In this document: positions 31,251-42,027 of the stretch, one piece after another
Layout of the letters: each line of letters starts with the position of its first letter
Numbering within the stretch: position 1 is the first letter of the stretch
Source of the DNA: an uncultured Streptococcus sp.
GTDB taxonomy: Bacteria > Bacillota > Bacilli > Lactobacillales > Streptococcaceae
Length of the DNA stretch: 52,598 nt
Direction: 5' to 3'
Assembly: GCA_963555095.1 (NCBI GenBank)
Contig: CAUVUZ010000001.1
Location: forward strand, 1 to 52,598
Notes under the pieces: generated by a model
Seen by the model: only the letters and a program-made list of their open reading frames with translations
Database searches by the model: none
What the model was told of the DNA's origin: nothing
Translations under genes and position numbers: made by a program

Positions 31251-32987
31251 ATGCTCTATATTTGGTCTTATTTGAAAAAATATCCCAAGTGGTTATTCTT
31301 GGATTTCCTTGGAGCGGTTTTCTTTGTTATCGTCAATCTTGGACTGCCAACTGTTCTGGCTCGGATGATTGATGAAGGTGTGAATAAAGGGAATGAACAG
31401 CAATTGTATGTTTGGGCTATCGTTATGTTGATAATTATCATCTTGGGAACATGTGGGCGTATAGTCTTGGCCTACGCTGCTAGTAAGCTAACGACCAATA
31501 TGGTCAAGGATATGAGAGATGATCTCTATGCCAAATTACAAGAGTATTCTCATCATGAATATGAAAAGATAGGAGTATCTTCACTGGTTACTCGTATTAC
31601 TAGTGATGCCTTTGTTCTCATGCAGTTTGCAGAACAGACCTTAAAACTGGGTGTCATCACTCCCATGATGATGCTGTCTAGTATTTTAATGATCTTTTTG
31701 ACCAGCCCGTCATTAGCTTGGATAGTGGCTTTTGCAGTACCTTTCTTGGCTGTGGTGGTCATTTATGTTGCTGTTAAAACTCGTCCTTTATCAGAGAAAC
31801 AGCAGAAAACTTTGGACAAAATCAATCAATACGCTCGTGAAAATCTGATGGGGCTTCGTGTCATTCGTGCCTTTGCCCGTGAGGAGTTTCAAGAGGAACG
31901 CTTTGCAGGACAAAATGCGGTCTATGCAGCTAATTCCAATCGTCTGTTTAAACTAACTGGTCTGACAGAACCCTTGTTTGTTCAAATTATCATTGCCATG
32001 ATTGTGGCTATTGTCTGGTTCGCGCTGGACCCTATCAAACAAGGTAGTTTGCAAATTGGGGATCTGGTGGCCTTTATCGAATATAGTTTCCACGCCCTCT
32101 TGTCCTTCCTTTTCCTATCCAATCTCTTCACTATGTACCCTCGTACAGCCGTTTCGAGTGAACGGTTGAAAGAAGTCATGGATATGCCGATTTCTATTGA
32201 TCCAAATGAAGGAGGCGCCAGAGAGACAGCAACCCACGGCTATTTGGAATTTGAAAATGTCACTTTTGCCTATCCTGGCGAGACGGAAAATCCTGTTTTG
32301 CACAACATTTCTTTCAGCGCTAAACCGGGTGAAACCGTTGCCTTTATCGGATCGACCGGATCGGGCAAGTCCTCTCTTGTGCAATTGATTCCTCGTTTTT
32401 ACGATGTCACACTTGGGAAAATCAAGGTTGATGGTGTTGATGTGAGGGATTACCGCCTCAAGTCTCTCCGTCAAAAGATTGGTTTTATTCCGCAGAAGGC
32501 CTTGCTCTTTACAGGAACTATCGCTGAAAATATCCGTTACGGGAAGGAAGATGCTAGTCACAAAGACCTAGATCAGGCAGCAGATGTGGCGCAAGCCAAA
32601 GATTTTATCGAAAGCCGAGAAGAAGGCTTTGCGACCCATCTAGCTGAAGGCGGAAGCAACCTTTCTGGAGGACAGAAGCAACGTCTATCAATTGCCCGAG
32701 CGGTTATAAAGAATCCTGATATCTATATTTTTGACGATTCTTTCTCAGCCTTGGATTATCGTACGGATGCTATTTTACGCCGTCGTCTCAAGGAAGTCAC
32801 TCAAAATGCTACAGTTTTAATTGTCGCTCAACGTGTCGGAACCATCATGGATGCTGACCAGATTATCGTTCTTGATAAGGGAGAAATCGTGGGTCGCGGT
32901 CGACATGAGGAATTGATGGAAACCAATGACATCTATCGTGAAATTGCTGAGTCGCAGTTGAAAAATGCATCTCTAACAGAAGAATAG
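31251..32987 (+). CDS. Heterodimeric ABC exporter subunit A (EfrA/PatA/LmrC-like)
   Basis: TMD plus NBD; GSTGSGKS, LSGGQKQR, non-canonical Walker B IFDD and switch VAQR. Confidence 0.9.
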   Translation: MLYIWSYLKKYPKWLFLDFLGAVFFVIVNLGLPTVLARMIDEGVNKGNEQQLYVWAIVMLIIIILGTCGRIVLAYAASKLTTNMVKDMRDDLYAKLQEYSHHEYEKIGVSSLVTRITSDAFVLMQFAEQTLKLGVITPMMMLSSILMIFLTSPSLAWIVAFAVPFLAVVVIYVAVKTRPLSEKQQKTLDKINQYARENLMGLRVIRAFAREEFQEERFAGQNAVYAANSNRLFKLTGLTEPLFVQIIIAMIVAIVWFALDPIKQGSLQIGDLVAFIEYSFHALLSFLFLSNLFTMYPRTAVSSERLKEVMDMPISIDPNEGGARETATHGYLEFENVTFAYPGETENPVLHNISFSAKPGETVAFIGSTGSGKSSLVQLIPRFYDVTLGKIKVDGVDVRDYRLKSLRQKIGFIPQKALLFTGTIAENIRYGKEDASHKDLDQAADVAQAKDFIESREEGFATHLAEGGSNLSGGQKQRLSIARAVIKNPDIYIFDDSFSALDYRTDAILRRRLKEVTQNATVLIVAQRVGTIMDADQIIVLDKGEIVGRGRHEELMETNDIYREIAESQLKNASLTEE

Positions 32988-32995
32988 GAGGAAAT

Positions 32996-34777
32996 ATGAA
33001 AACACAATCTAGTTTGGCTCGTTTGTGGAGCTATTTAAAAGCCTACCGTTTTTCTGTCTTCTTTGCGGTTTTTCTAAAAGTTTTGAGTGTGGTCATGAGT
33101 GTCTTAGAACCTTTTGTATTGGGGCTAGCCATTACGGAGTTGACAAAGAATCTCTTAGATATGGCTAATGGCCTTTCAGGCGCTCATATCAATACAGCCT
33201 ACATCGGAACTGTTTTAATCATTTACCTCTTTAGAGGGCTTTTGTATGAACTTGGTTCTTATTATTCCAACTATTTCATGACCAATGCGGTCCAGTCTAT
33301 GACTCAGGATCTGCGAAATGAAATGACTGAAAAGCTCAATCGTATCCCGGTATCTTTCTTTGACAAACACCAGTTTGGTGATTTATTGGGACGCTTTACC
33401 AGTGATGTTGAGACAGTATCTAATGCCCTTCAACAGTCTTTCCTACAAATTGTCAATGCCGTTTTGACAATTGTTCTCGTCATGGGAATGGTTTTATACT
33501 TGAACTTTCAACTGGCTATAGTGGTGATTCTATCCATTCCAGTGACCTATTTCGGTGCTAGAAGTATCCTGAAACGTTCTCAGCCTTATTTTAAAGAACA
33601 GGCAGCTATTTTAGGACGGATGAATGGCTATGTGCAGGAAAATCTCACAGGTTTTAATGTTTTGAAACTCTATGGTCGTGAGGAAACTTCTCATAAAGAA
33701 TTTTCTAAGATTACAGACAACCTCCAACGTGTTGGTTTTAAAGCTAGCTTTATCTCTGGACTCATGATGCCAGCCCTTCATGCTGTATCGGACTTGACCT
33801 ATCTGATCGTTGCGGTTCTTGGTGGTTTGCAAGTCATTGCGGGTCGTTTGACAGTGGGGAATATGCAGGCCTTTGTTCAGTACGTTTGGCAGGTCAGTCA
33901 GCCTATCCAAAACATCACACAACTTGCGGGTCAAATGCAAAGCGCCAAGTCTTCGTTAGACCGCATCTTCGACATTTTGGATGAGACAGAGGAAGTCAAG
34001 GGAGAAGAACTCGAAATCCTTGAACCCTTAACAGGTCAGGTGACCTTCCAACAGGTTGACTTCCAGTATGTTGAAAACAAACCATTGATTCGAGACTTTA
34101 ATCTAGAAGTTCAACCGGGAGAGATGGTGGCGATTGTTGGTCCTACTGGAGCTGGTAAGACGACCTTAATCAATCTGCTCATGCGCTTTTACGATGTCAC
34201 AGCAGGTGCAATATTGGTTGACGGGCAGGACATTCGCCAGTTATCACGACAAGACTACCGTCGTCAGTTTGGGATGGTCTTGCAGGATGCTTGGCTTTAT
34301 GAAGGTACGATCAAAGAAAACCTACGTTTTGGAAATCTCGATGCCAGTGATGAGGATATTGTAGAGGCTGCCAAAGCGGCAAATGTAGACCACTTTATCC
34401 GAACGCTTCCTGGTGGTTACAACATGGAGATGAACCAAGAGTCGAGCAATATTTCCCTCGGGCAGAAACAACTCTTAACCATCGCGCGTGCTCTCTTAGC
34501 TAATCCTAAAATTCTCATTCTGGATGAAGCGACTTCCTCTGTTGACACCCGTTTGGAACTCTTGATTCAAAAAGCTATGAAACGCTTGATGAAAGGAAGA
34601 ACCAGCTTTGTCATCGCCCACCGTCTCTCTACCATTCAAGAAGCAGACAAGATTCTCGTTCTTAAGGATGGACAGATTATTGAGCAGGGAAATCATGAAA
34701 GCTTGCTCCAAGCAAAAGGCTTTTATTATGATCTGTACCAAAGCCAATTTTCAAGTAAGTCTGGGCAATCAAGCTAA
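32996..34777 (+). CDS. Heterodimeric ABC exporter subunit B (EfrB/PatB/LmrD-like)
   Basis: GPTGAGKT, degenerate signature ISLGQ, canonical ILDEATS and IAHR. Confidence 0.9.
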   Translation: MKTQSSLARLWSYLKAYRFSVFFAVFLKVLSVVMSVLEPFVLGLAITELTKNLLDMANGLSGAHINTAYIGTVLIIYLFRGLLYELGSYYSNYFMTNAVQSMTQDLRNEMTEKLNRIPVSFFDKHQFGDLLGRFTSDVETVSNALQQSFLQIVNAVLTIVLVMGMVLYLNFQLAIVVILSIPVTYFGARSILKRSQPYFKEQAAILGRMNGYVQENLTGFNVLKLYGREETSHKEFSKITDNLQRVGFKASFISGLMMPALHAVSDLTYLIVAVLGGLQVIAGRLTVGNMQAFVQYVWQVSQPIQNITQLAGQMQSAKSSLDRIFDILDETEEVKGEELEILEPLTGQVTFQQVDFQYVENKPLIRDFNLEVQPGEMVAIVGPTGAGKTTLINLLMRFYDVTAGAILVDGQDIRQLSRQDYRRQFGMVLQDAWLYEGTIKENLRFGNLDASDEDIVEAAKAANVDHFIRTLPGGYNMEMNQESSNISLGQKQLLTIARALLANPKILILDEATSSVDTRLELLIQKAMKRLMKGRTSFVIAHRLSTIQEADKILVLKDGQIIEQGNHESLLQAKGFYYDLYQSQFSSKSGQSS

Positions 34778-34926
34778 TCAAAACTGTCCAGATTTTTCTT
34801 AAATTATCAGTCAATTACAACTTTTTTAATATGAGTTAATTCCCTTGCTTTTGTATACCAGGAGTAGTATACTTAGGTAGTAATCAATAAATTGGTTACA
34901 AAAATAATATTTACGAGGTAAGAAAA

Positions 34927-35445
34927 ATGGTTGAATTGAAAAAAGAAGCAGTAAAAGACGTTACAACATTATCTAAAACAGCGCCAGTAGCATTGGCAAA
35001 AACAAAGGAAGTATTGAACCAAGCAGTAGCAGACTTGTATGTGGCTCACATTGCCCTTCACCAAGTTCACTGGTATATGCGTGGTCGTGGTTTCCTCGTG
35101 TGGCATCCAAAAATGGATGAATACATGGACAGCCTTGATGGCTATCTTGACGAAATCAGCGAACGTTTGATCACTCTTGGTGGCAAACCTTACTCAACTT
35201 TGACAGAATTCCTTCAACACAGTGAAATCGAAGAAGAAGAAGGAGAATTCCGTAACGTTGAAGAAAGCTTGGAACGTGTTCTAGCGATTTATCACTATCT
35301 CATCGCTCTTTTCCAAAAAGCTTTGGATGTGACTGATGAAGAAGGCGATGATGTTACAAATGATATCTTTGTTGGTGCTAAGGCTGAACTTGAGAAAACA
35401 GTTTGGATGCTTGCGGCAGAACTCGGACAAGCTCCTGGTTTGTAA
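34927..35445 (+). CDS. dpr: Dps-like peroxide resistance ferritin
   Basis: [34 protein letters not shown]. Confidence 0.95.
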   Translation: MVELKKEAVKDVTTLSKTAPVALAKTKEVLNQAVADLYVAHIALHQVHWYMRGRGFLVWHPKMDEYMDSLDGYLDEISERLITLGGKPYSTLTEFLQHSEIEEEEGEFRNVEESLERVLAIYHYLIALFQKALDVTDEEGDDVTNDIFVGAKAELEKTVWMLAAELGQAPGL

Positions 35446-35655
35446 AATATAGTTGCTACCCCTTTTATCATGAGGTGCTTGATAAGTGCCCATGAACAAT
35501 CATCTTTTAAAAGTCATGTAACTGTAAACAGTTGCATGATTTTTTTGTCTGCTGGACTTAGGACACATTGTCAAAAGTAGGATTTTACGGTATAATAGTT
35601 GCTGTTCGAGAAATTTTGATTGTCAAAAAATAGTGAAATGTTATAAGGAGAACCC

Positions 35656-35994
35656 ATGAACAACTTACCAAATTGTCCAAAATGTAATTCAGAATATGTC
35701 TACGAAGACGGAAGTCTCTTGGTCTGCCCAGAGTGTGCCTATGAATGGAACCCTGCAGAAGTTGCAGAAGTAGAAGAAGGTGTTGTCGCTATCGATGCCA
35801 ATGGAAATAAATTGGCTGACGGCGATACTGTGACCCTTATCAAGGACTTGAAAGTAAAAGGTGCGCCAAAGGATTTGAAACAAGGAACTCGTGTCAAAAA
35901 TATCCGTATCGTAGAAGGTGACCACAACATCGACTGTAAGATTGATGGCTTTGGAGCTATGAAACTCAAGTCAGAATTTGTTAAGAAAATCTAG
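35656..35994 (+). CDS. PhnA/YjdM zinc-ribbon protein
   Basis: CPKC...[23 protein letters not shown]. Confidence 0.92.
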   Translation: MNNLPNCPKCNSEYVYEDGSLLVCPECAYEWNPAEVAEVEEGVVAIDANGNKLADGDTVTLIKDLKVKGAPKDLKQGTRVKNIRIVEGDHNIDCKIDGFGAMKLKSEFVKKI

Positions 35995-35996
35995 CC

Positions 35997-36620
35997 ATGA
36001 AACTGAATTATAAATTTATCTTTTATAGTCGTGTACTTTTGTTCTTAGCAGCATTTACAGGAGTTTATTTGGAGATTACCAAGCACGGTGGTTTTGGTAT
36101 GCTCCTTTACTACACAGTGTTGTCCAATCTTTTGGTAACGATTTTCACGGGCTATCTGCTCCGTGTGATGAGCCGTTCAGGTGAAAATTGGCAAAGTCCG
36201 ACCTTGCTTCGCCTCAAGGGTGGTGTTACCATGAGTATCATGATTACCTGTGTGATTTACCATTTTATGCTTGCTCCGATTGCGACAGATTTTTATCGTG
36301 TGGAAAATTTCCTTTGCCACTATATCGTTCCACTCTGGTTTTTAGCCGACACCCTCTTCTTTGATAAACGGGGTCAATACAAGATCTGGGATCCAGTCTT
36401 GTGGACCATCTTGCCCTTGGTTTATATGATTTTTGCCTTGTTTAACGGCCTGGTCTTAAAACTCAATATTCCGAATTCCAAGGACAATCCCTTCCCTTAT
36501 TTCTTTTTAAATGTGAACAAGGGTTGGGACGTGGTTATCAAATGGTGTTTGATCATTTTTGTGGCCTATATGGTTGCAGGCTTTATCTTCTATCTGATCA
36601 AGCAAATCAAGCGAAAATAG
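35997..36620 (+). CDS. Pr6Pr-family membrane protein
   Basis: YYTVLSN, IYHFML, HYIVP, PYFFL; multi-TM. Confidence 0.75.
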   Translation: MKLNYKFIFYSRVLLFLAAFTGVYLEITKHGGFGMLLYYTVLSNLLVTIFTGYLLRVMSRSGENWQSPTLLRLKGGVTMSIMITCVIYHFMLAPIATDFYRVENFLCHYIVPLWFLADTLFFDKRGQYKIWDPVLWTILPLVYMIFALFNGLVLKLNIPNSKDNPFPYFFLNVNKGWDVVIKWCLIIFVAYMVAGFIFYLIKQIKRK

Positions 36621-36732
36621 TCTTCCTATTAGGAAAGTTAGGACGGAGTCTCTAGTTCAATCGGGCTCCTTCTTTTCTTGCCATCTTCCTTTTAAAAGGA
36701 TCAACAGTGAGAAATATACAGAAAGAAAATCC

Positions 36733-37884
36733 ATGAAACAATTTTTAGAACGGGCTAGTATTTTGGCCCTCTCCCTCGTTTTGATTACCTCCTTTTCCAT
36801 CTCAAGTGCTCTGCCAGCCATGTTTGACTACTATCAAGGCTACCCCAAGGAACAAATCGAGCTTCTGGTCAGTCTTCCTTCTTTTGGAATCATGATCATG
36901 CTGATTTTAAATGGGTTTTTGGAACGTTTGTTTCCTGAGCGTCTTCAGATTAGTTTAGGGCTTCTCATCCTCTCTATCGGGGGAACAGCCCCCTTCTGGT
37001 ATCAGGATTACAACTTTGTCTTTGCGATGCGGATTTTATTTGGTTTGGGTGTGGGGATGATCAATGCCAAGGCCATTTCTATTATCAGTGAACGCTATCA
37101 TGGAAAGACACGAATCCAGATGCTGGGGCTCCGCGGATCGGCAGAAGTTGTCGGGGCATCGATTTTGACTCTAGTGGTAGGTCAACTCTTATCCCTGGGA
37201 TGGACAGTGACCTTCTTGGCCTACAGTGCGGGATTTTTAGTATTGATCCTTTATCTGCTCTTTGTCCCTTATGGGAAAGAAAAGAAAGAAACAAAGAAAA
37301 AAGAGGCCGAAACGACTCGTTTGACGGGACAGATGAAGGGCTTAATTTTTCTATTGGCTGTCGAAGCAGCAGTTGTTGTCTGCACCAATACAGCTATCAC
37401 CATTCGTATTCCTAGTTTGATGGTGGAAAGAGATCTAGGGGATGCCCAGTTATCGAGCTTGGTTTTAAGTATCATGCAGTTGATTGGGATTGTGGCTGGT
37501 GTGAGTTTTTCTTTCTTGATTTCTCTCTTTAAAGAAAGATTGCTCCTTTGGTCAGGTATCACCTTTGGATTGGGGCAGATTGTGATTGCCTTGTCTCCAT
37601 CATTGGGTGTGATGGTAGTAGGAAGTATGGTGTCAGGTTTTGCATACAGTATAGCCTTGACCACAGTCTTTCAACTTCTTTCTGAAAGAATCCCAGCTAA
37701 CCTTCTTAATCAGGCAACGTCTTTTGCAGTGCTAGGATGTAGCTTTGGGGCCTTTACGACACCATTCGTCCTGGGAGCTGTCGGTATGGCCACTCAAAAC
37801 GGGATGCTGGTCTTCACCATTCTAGGCTGCTGGTTGATTGTCACTTCTATCTTTGTTATGTACGCACTTCAAAAGAGAGCTTAG
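36733..37884 (+). CDS. MFS transporter
   Basis: About 12 hydrophobic segments; RILFGLGVG motif. Confidence 0.85.
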   Translation: MKQFLERASILALSLVLITSFSISSALPAMFDYYQGYPKEQIELLVSLPSFGIMIMLILNGFLERLFPERLQISLGLLILSIGGTAPFWYQDYNFVFAMRILFGLGVGMINAKAISIISERYHGKTRIQMLGLRGSAEVVGASILTLVVGQLLSLGWTVTFLAYSAGFLVLILYLLFVPYGKEKKETKKKEAETTRLTGQMKGLIFLLAVEAAVVVCTNTAITIRIPSLMVERDLGDAQLSSLVLSIMQLIGIVAGVSFSFLISLFKERLLLWSGITFGLGQIVIALSPSLGVMVVGSMVSGFAYSIALTTVFQLLSERIPANLLNQATSFAVLGCSFGAFTTPFVLGAVGMATQNGMLVFTILGCWLIVTSIFVMYALQKRA

Positions 37885-37980
37885 GATTGGTTTCCTAAGT
37901 TTTTCTTTTTGTTTTTTGTCCCCAGACAATTATTGTTTTTTAAACTTGTTTGTACTATTATTTCCTGATAAAATAGACAC

Positions 37981-38730
37981 ATGACAAGATATAAAGCAAT
38001 CATTTCCTATGACGGTTACGCTTTTGCTGGTTTTCAGCGTCAGCCCCATGCGCGGAGCGTTCAGGAGGAAATCGAAAAAACGTTAACGAGGCTGAATAAA
38101 GGACAAGCCATCACTGTTCACGGTGCTGGTAGGACTGATAGTGGTGTTCATGCCTTGGGACAGGTCATTCATTTTGACCTGCCTTATCAAATGAATGAGG
38201 AAAAACTCCGTTTTGCTTTGGATACCCAGTCCCCTGAAGATATTGATGTGATCTCGATTGAGCTTGTGGCGGATGATTTTCATTGCCGTTATGCAAAACA
38301 TAGCAAGACCTATGAGTTTATAGTAGATAGGGGGCGTCCTAAAAATCCGATGCGCCGTCACTATGCCACTCACTTTCCTTATCCACTTGATGTGGAACGG
38401 ATGCAGGCGGCCATCAAAAAGCTAGAGGGAACCCATGATTTTACCGGTTTTACAGCGTCTGGTACCAGTGTAGAGGACAAGGTTCGCACCATCACAGAAG
38501 CAAGTCTAACAATCGATGAGACAGGGCAGTTTTTAACCTTTACCTTTTCAGGAAATGGCTTCTTGTATAAGCAGATTCGCAATATGGTGGGGACACTGCT
38601 CAAAATCGGAAATAATCGAATGCCAGTTGAGCAGATTGACTTGATTTTGGAGAAGAAGGACAGGCAGCTTGCAGGTCCAACGGCTGCACCGAATGGCTTG
38701 TATTTAAAGGAGATTCGTTATGAAGAATAA
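37981..38730 (+). CDS. truA: tRNA pseudouridine(38-40) synthase
   Basis: [28 protein letters not shown]. Confidence 0.97.
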   Translation: MTRYKAIISYDGYAFAGFQRQPHARSVQEEIEKTLTRLNKGQAITVHGAGRTDSGVHALGQVIHFDLPYQMNEEKLRFALDTQSPEDIDVISIELVADDFHCRYAKHSKTYEFIVDRGRPKNPMRRHYATHFPYPLDVERMQAAIKKLEGTHDFTGFTASGTSVEDKVRTITEASLTIDETGQFLTFTFSGNGFLYKQIRNMVGTLLKIGNNRMPVEQIDLILEKKDRQLAGPTAAPNGLYLKEIRYEE

Positions 38731-39493
38731 TCGTATTTTAGCCCTTTCTGGGAATGATATTTTTAGTGGCGGTGGATTGTCAGCTGATCTTGCCACCTAT
38801 ACCTTAAACGGCTTGCATGGCTTTGTAGCAGTGACTTGTTTGACGGCCTTGACCGAAAAGGGTTTTGAAGTCTTTCCAACAGATGACGTCATTTTTCAAC
38901 ATGAATTAGATAGTTTGCGTGATGTGGACTTTGCGGGGATTAAGATCGGTCTTCTTCCTACTGTCAGTGTGGCTGAGAAGGCCTTGGACTTTATCAAGCA
39001 ACGTCCAGGAGTGCCTGTGGTATTGGACCCTGTCTTGGTCTGCAAGGAAACGCACGATGTAGCTGTCAGTGAACTCTGTCAAGAGTTAATTCGTTTTTTC
39101 CCTCATGTCAGTGTGATTACGCCAAATCTTCCTGAAGCAGAATTATTAGCTGGTCAGGAGATTAAAACCTTGGAAGATATGAAGGCTGCAGCGCAGAAAT
39201 TGCATGAATTAGGAGCGTCAGCAGTTATTATCAAGGGAGGTAATCGCCTTAGCCAGGACAAGGCTGTGGATGTCTTTTATGATGGGCAAATTTTCACTGT
39301 CCTAGAAAATCCCGTTATCCAAGGGCAGAATGCTGGCGCAGGTTGTACCTTTGCCTCAAGCATTGCCAGTCACTTGGTTAAAGGTGATGAACTTTTACCA
39401 GCGGTAGAGAGTTCTAAAGCTTTCGTTTACCGTGCTATTGCACAAGCAGATCAATATGGAGTAAGACAATATGAAGCAAACCAAAACAACTAA
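38720..39493 (+). CDS. pdxK: Pyridoxal/HMP kinase (ThiD/PdxK family)
   Basis: [29 protein letters not shown]. Confidence 0.85.
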   Translation: MKNNRILALSGNDIFSGGGLSADLATYTLNGLHGFVAVTCLTALTEKGFEVFPTDDVIFQHELDSLRDVDFAGIKIGLLPTVSVAEKALDFIKQRPGVPVVLDPVLVCKETHDVAVSELCQELIRFFPHVSVITPNLPEAELLAGQEIKTLEDMKAAAQKLHELGASAVIIKGGNRLSQDKAVDVFYDGQIFTVLENPVIQGQNAGAGCTFASSIASHLVKGDELLPAVESSKAFVYRAIAQADQYGVRQYEANQNN

Positions 39494-39932
39494 AATCGCC
39501 CTTGTATCTCTTTTGACAGCCCTTTCTGTGGTTCTAGGTTATTTCTTAAAAATCCCAACACCAACAGGCATTCTAACTCTCTTAGATGCGGGTGTCTTCT
39601 TTGCAGCCTTCTACTTTGGTAGTCGTGAAGGGGCTGTCGTTGGAGGACTAGCAGGTTTCTTGATTGACCTCTTATCAGGCTATCCACAGTGGATGTTCTT
39701 TAGCTTGGTAAACCATGGCTTGCAGGGATTTTTCGCAGGATTTAAAGGGAAATCTCAGTGGCTAGGCCTTATCTTAGCTACTATTGCGATGGTAGGAGGC
39801 TACGCCTTGGGTTCAACTTTGATGAATGGCTGGGCAGCAGCCCTACCAGAAATCCTACCAAACTTCCTGCAAAATATCGTGGGAATGGTTGTAGGGTTTG
39901 TGCTTAGTCAGAGTATTAAGAAAATTAAGTAA
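39471..39932 (+). CDS. ECF transporter S component (pyridoxine/HMP-type)
   Basis: Small multi-TM protein, IPTPTG..TLLDAG; coupled to pdxK. Confidence 0.82.
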   Translation: MKQTKTTKIALVSLLTALSVVLGYFLKIPTPTGILTLLDAGVFFAAFYFGSREGAVVGGLAGFLIDLLSGYPQWMFFSLVNHGLQGFFAGFKGKSQWLGLILATIAMVGGYALGSTLMNGWAAALPEILPNFLQNIVGMVVGFVLSQSIKKIK

Positions 39933-40026
39933 AGCGGCTGGAGAAAAGTTTTAAAAATCAGAAAAACGCATAATATCAGGTGTTGAAAAACCTTGATATT
40001 ATGCGTTTTATTGTGGGAAGATTTTC
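39931..40026. repeat. SPRITE-like terminator repeat
   Basis: Perfect 16-bp stem aaaacgcataatatca (39963-39978) / tgatattatgcgtttt (39994-40009) between convergent genes; family name from memory. Confidence 0.6.
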
Positions 40027-40034
40027 AAAGAATA

Positions 40035-41117
40035 TTAATCAAAATAAAGCAAATCTTTGCTGGTGCTTGTAAAGAGGTCAAAGCCATCCTTAGTGACAAC
40101 ACCGCAGTCTTCGATACGAACACCGACCTTATCAGGAATATAGATACCTGGTTCAACAGAGAAGCACATACCTTCTTCGATGACCATGTCGTTTCCTTCC
40201 ATGATAGATGGGAACTCGTGGACATCCATACCGATACCGTGACCAAGACGGTGGTTGAAGTACTCACCATATCCAGCTTTTTCGATGACTTCACGGGCGG
40301 CGCGGTCCACTTCATGAGCTGTTACACCTGGCTTGATAAAGTCAAGAGCAGCTTGTTGAGCTTCCAGAGTCAAGTTGTAAATATCTTTCTTGAATTGGTC
40401 TGGTTTGCCGACAGCGACTGTACGAGTCATATCTGAGGCGTAACCATTGACCATAACACCGAGGTCAAAAAGGAGAAGGGCGTCCTTTTCGACCTTGTTT
40501 GCTCCAGGAATGCCGTGCGGATTTGCGGCATTATCACCAGTCAAGACCATGGTATCAAAACTCATTTCATAGCCTTCACGCTTCATAGCAAAGTCGATTT
40601 GGGCAATGATATCTGTCTCTGTCTTATCAAGAGAAATATTGTCAAAACCAACCTTAACAGCCTTATCAGCATAGAGACCTGCAACCATCATTTTTTGCAC
40701 TTCGTCAGTTGATTTGATGAGGCGCATGCGTTGGATGCGAGGAGTGAGATTTTCAAACTCAGCAGTTTCAAAGACAGTTTTCAAACCATGGTATTTGGTC
40801 AAGATGAGATTGTCAAACTCAACAGCAACACGTTTGAAGTCGTGCTGTGGCAAGGCATTTTTGATTTTTTGCCATGGATTTTCAGAATCCACATAGCCCA
40901 CAACTGGGAAAGAGACAGTGTTGCTTGCACGTTCCACTTCAAGAGCAGGGACAAAGAGGAGGGGTTCTTGATCCGCTAGGATAAAGAGGAACATTTGGCG
41001 TTCATGAGGATCACTGTAAAAGCCAGTGAGGTAATTAATAGTGACGGGGTCAGATACGACAGCGACGTCTAGTTTTTCTGATTCAAGATATGTTAGGATT
41101 TGTTGTAATTTAGACAT
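40035..41117 (-). CDS. pepQ: Xaa-Pro dipeptidase (M24)
   Basis: ASDMTRT, HRLGHGIG, SVEPGIY, GVRIED. Confidence 0.9.
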   Translation of the reverse strand: MSKLQQILTYLESEKLDVAVVSDPVTINYLTGFYSDPHERQMFLFILADQEPLLFVPALEVERASNTVSFPVVGYVDSENPWQKIKNALPQHDFKRVAVEFDNLILTKYHGLKTVFETAEFENLTPRIQRMRLIKSTDEVQKMMVAGLYADKAVKVGFDNISLDKTETDIIAQIDFAMKREGYEMSFDTMVLTGDNAANPHGIPGANKVEKDALLLFDLGVMVNGYASDMTRTVAVGKPDQFKKDIYNLTLEAQQAALDFIKPGVTAHEVDRAAREVIEKAGYGEYFNHRLGHGIGMDVHEFPSIMEGNDMVIEEGMCFSVEPGIYIPDKVGVRIEDCGVVTKDGFDLFTSTSKDLLYFD

Positions 41118-41244
41118 ATGCTACCTTCTTTCTACCCCTCTATTTTGGCAAAAAATGAGAGAAAATGCAAGGGAGAAGGGTAAAAGAACAGGCAAAAAGA
41201 ACTCCGGTAAGATAGCGGAGTTCTTTGATCTAATTTTCCTTAGT

Positions 41245-42027
41245 TTAAGAAAAGTCAGCCTTGCTTTTGACATCATTGTATTCTTCAGCGATTTCTTGGC
41301 TGAGAATATCTTCATAGGCAGGGAGTTGGATGTCCTGACCGTATTTTTTCTTGAGAGCAGTAGTGACTAGGCGATAAGCCAGATTGGCATTGCGTGAGAG
41401 GATAGGTCCGTGGAAGTAGGAACCAAAGACATTCTTATAATGAACCCCTTCACCGACCTTTTCTTCGTTGTTTCCATTTCCATAAACAACCTGTCCCAGT
41501 GGTTTTTGGTCATCTGAGAGGAAGGTGCGACCTTGGTGATTTTCAAAGCCATAGTAGGTTTCATCGAATTCTTTATTATGAATCTTGATGTCACCGATAA
41601 AGCGGTTATTGGTCTGGTTGAGGGTATAGTGGCCCATGACTCCTAGCCCTTCGATGCGCTTGCCTGAAGCCTCAACATAATATTGACCCAATAGTTGGAA
41701 ACCACCACAGATAGCTAGAACCACACCGTCGTTTTGGATGTAGTTGTCAATACTCTCTTTTTTAGCAGGTAGGTCGTCAGCGATGATGCTTTGTTCAAAG
41801 TCTTGACCCCCGCCGAAAAAAGCAATATCATAGTGATTTTCGTCAAAGTCATCATGGAGAGAAACGATGTCAACCGTCACATGTGCCCCCAGTTTTTCAG
41901 CCACATACTTGAGCATGAGGATATTTCCATTGTCCCCGTAGGTATTCATGAGGTTTCCATAGAGGTGGGCGATATTGAGCTGATAGGGGTAATTGCCAGC
42001 TTTTGAGGAAAGTGAAGTATAAACCAT
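41245..42027 (-). CDS. gatD: Lipid II isoglutaminyl synthase glutaminase subunit
   Basis: [28 protein letters not shown]. Confidence 0.95.
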   Translation of the reverse strand: MVYTSLSSKAGNYPYQLNIAHLYGNLMNTYGDNGNILMLKYVAEKLGAHVTVDIVSLHDDFDENHYDIAFFGGGQDFEQSIIADDLPAKKESIDNYIQNDGVVLAICGGFQLLGQYYVEASGKRIEGLGVMGHYTLNQTNNRFIGDIKIHNKEFDETYYGFENHQGRTFLSDDQKPLGQVVYGNGNNEEKVGEGVHYKNVFGSYFHGPILSRNANLAYRLVTTALKKKYGQDIQLPAYEDILSQEIAEEYNDVKSKADFS

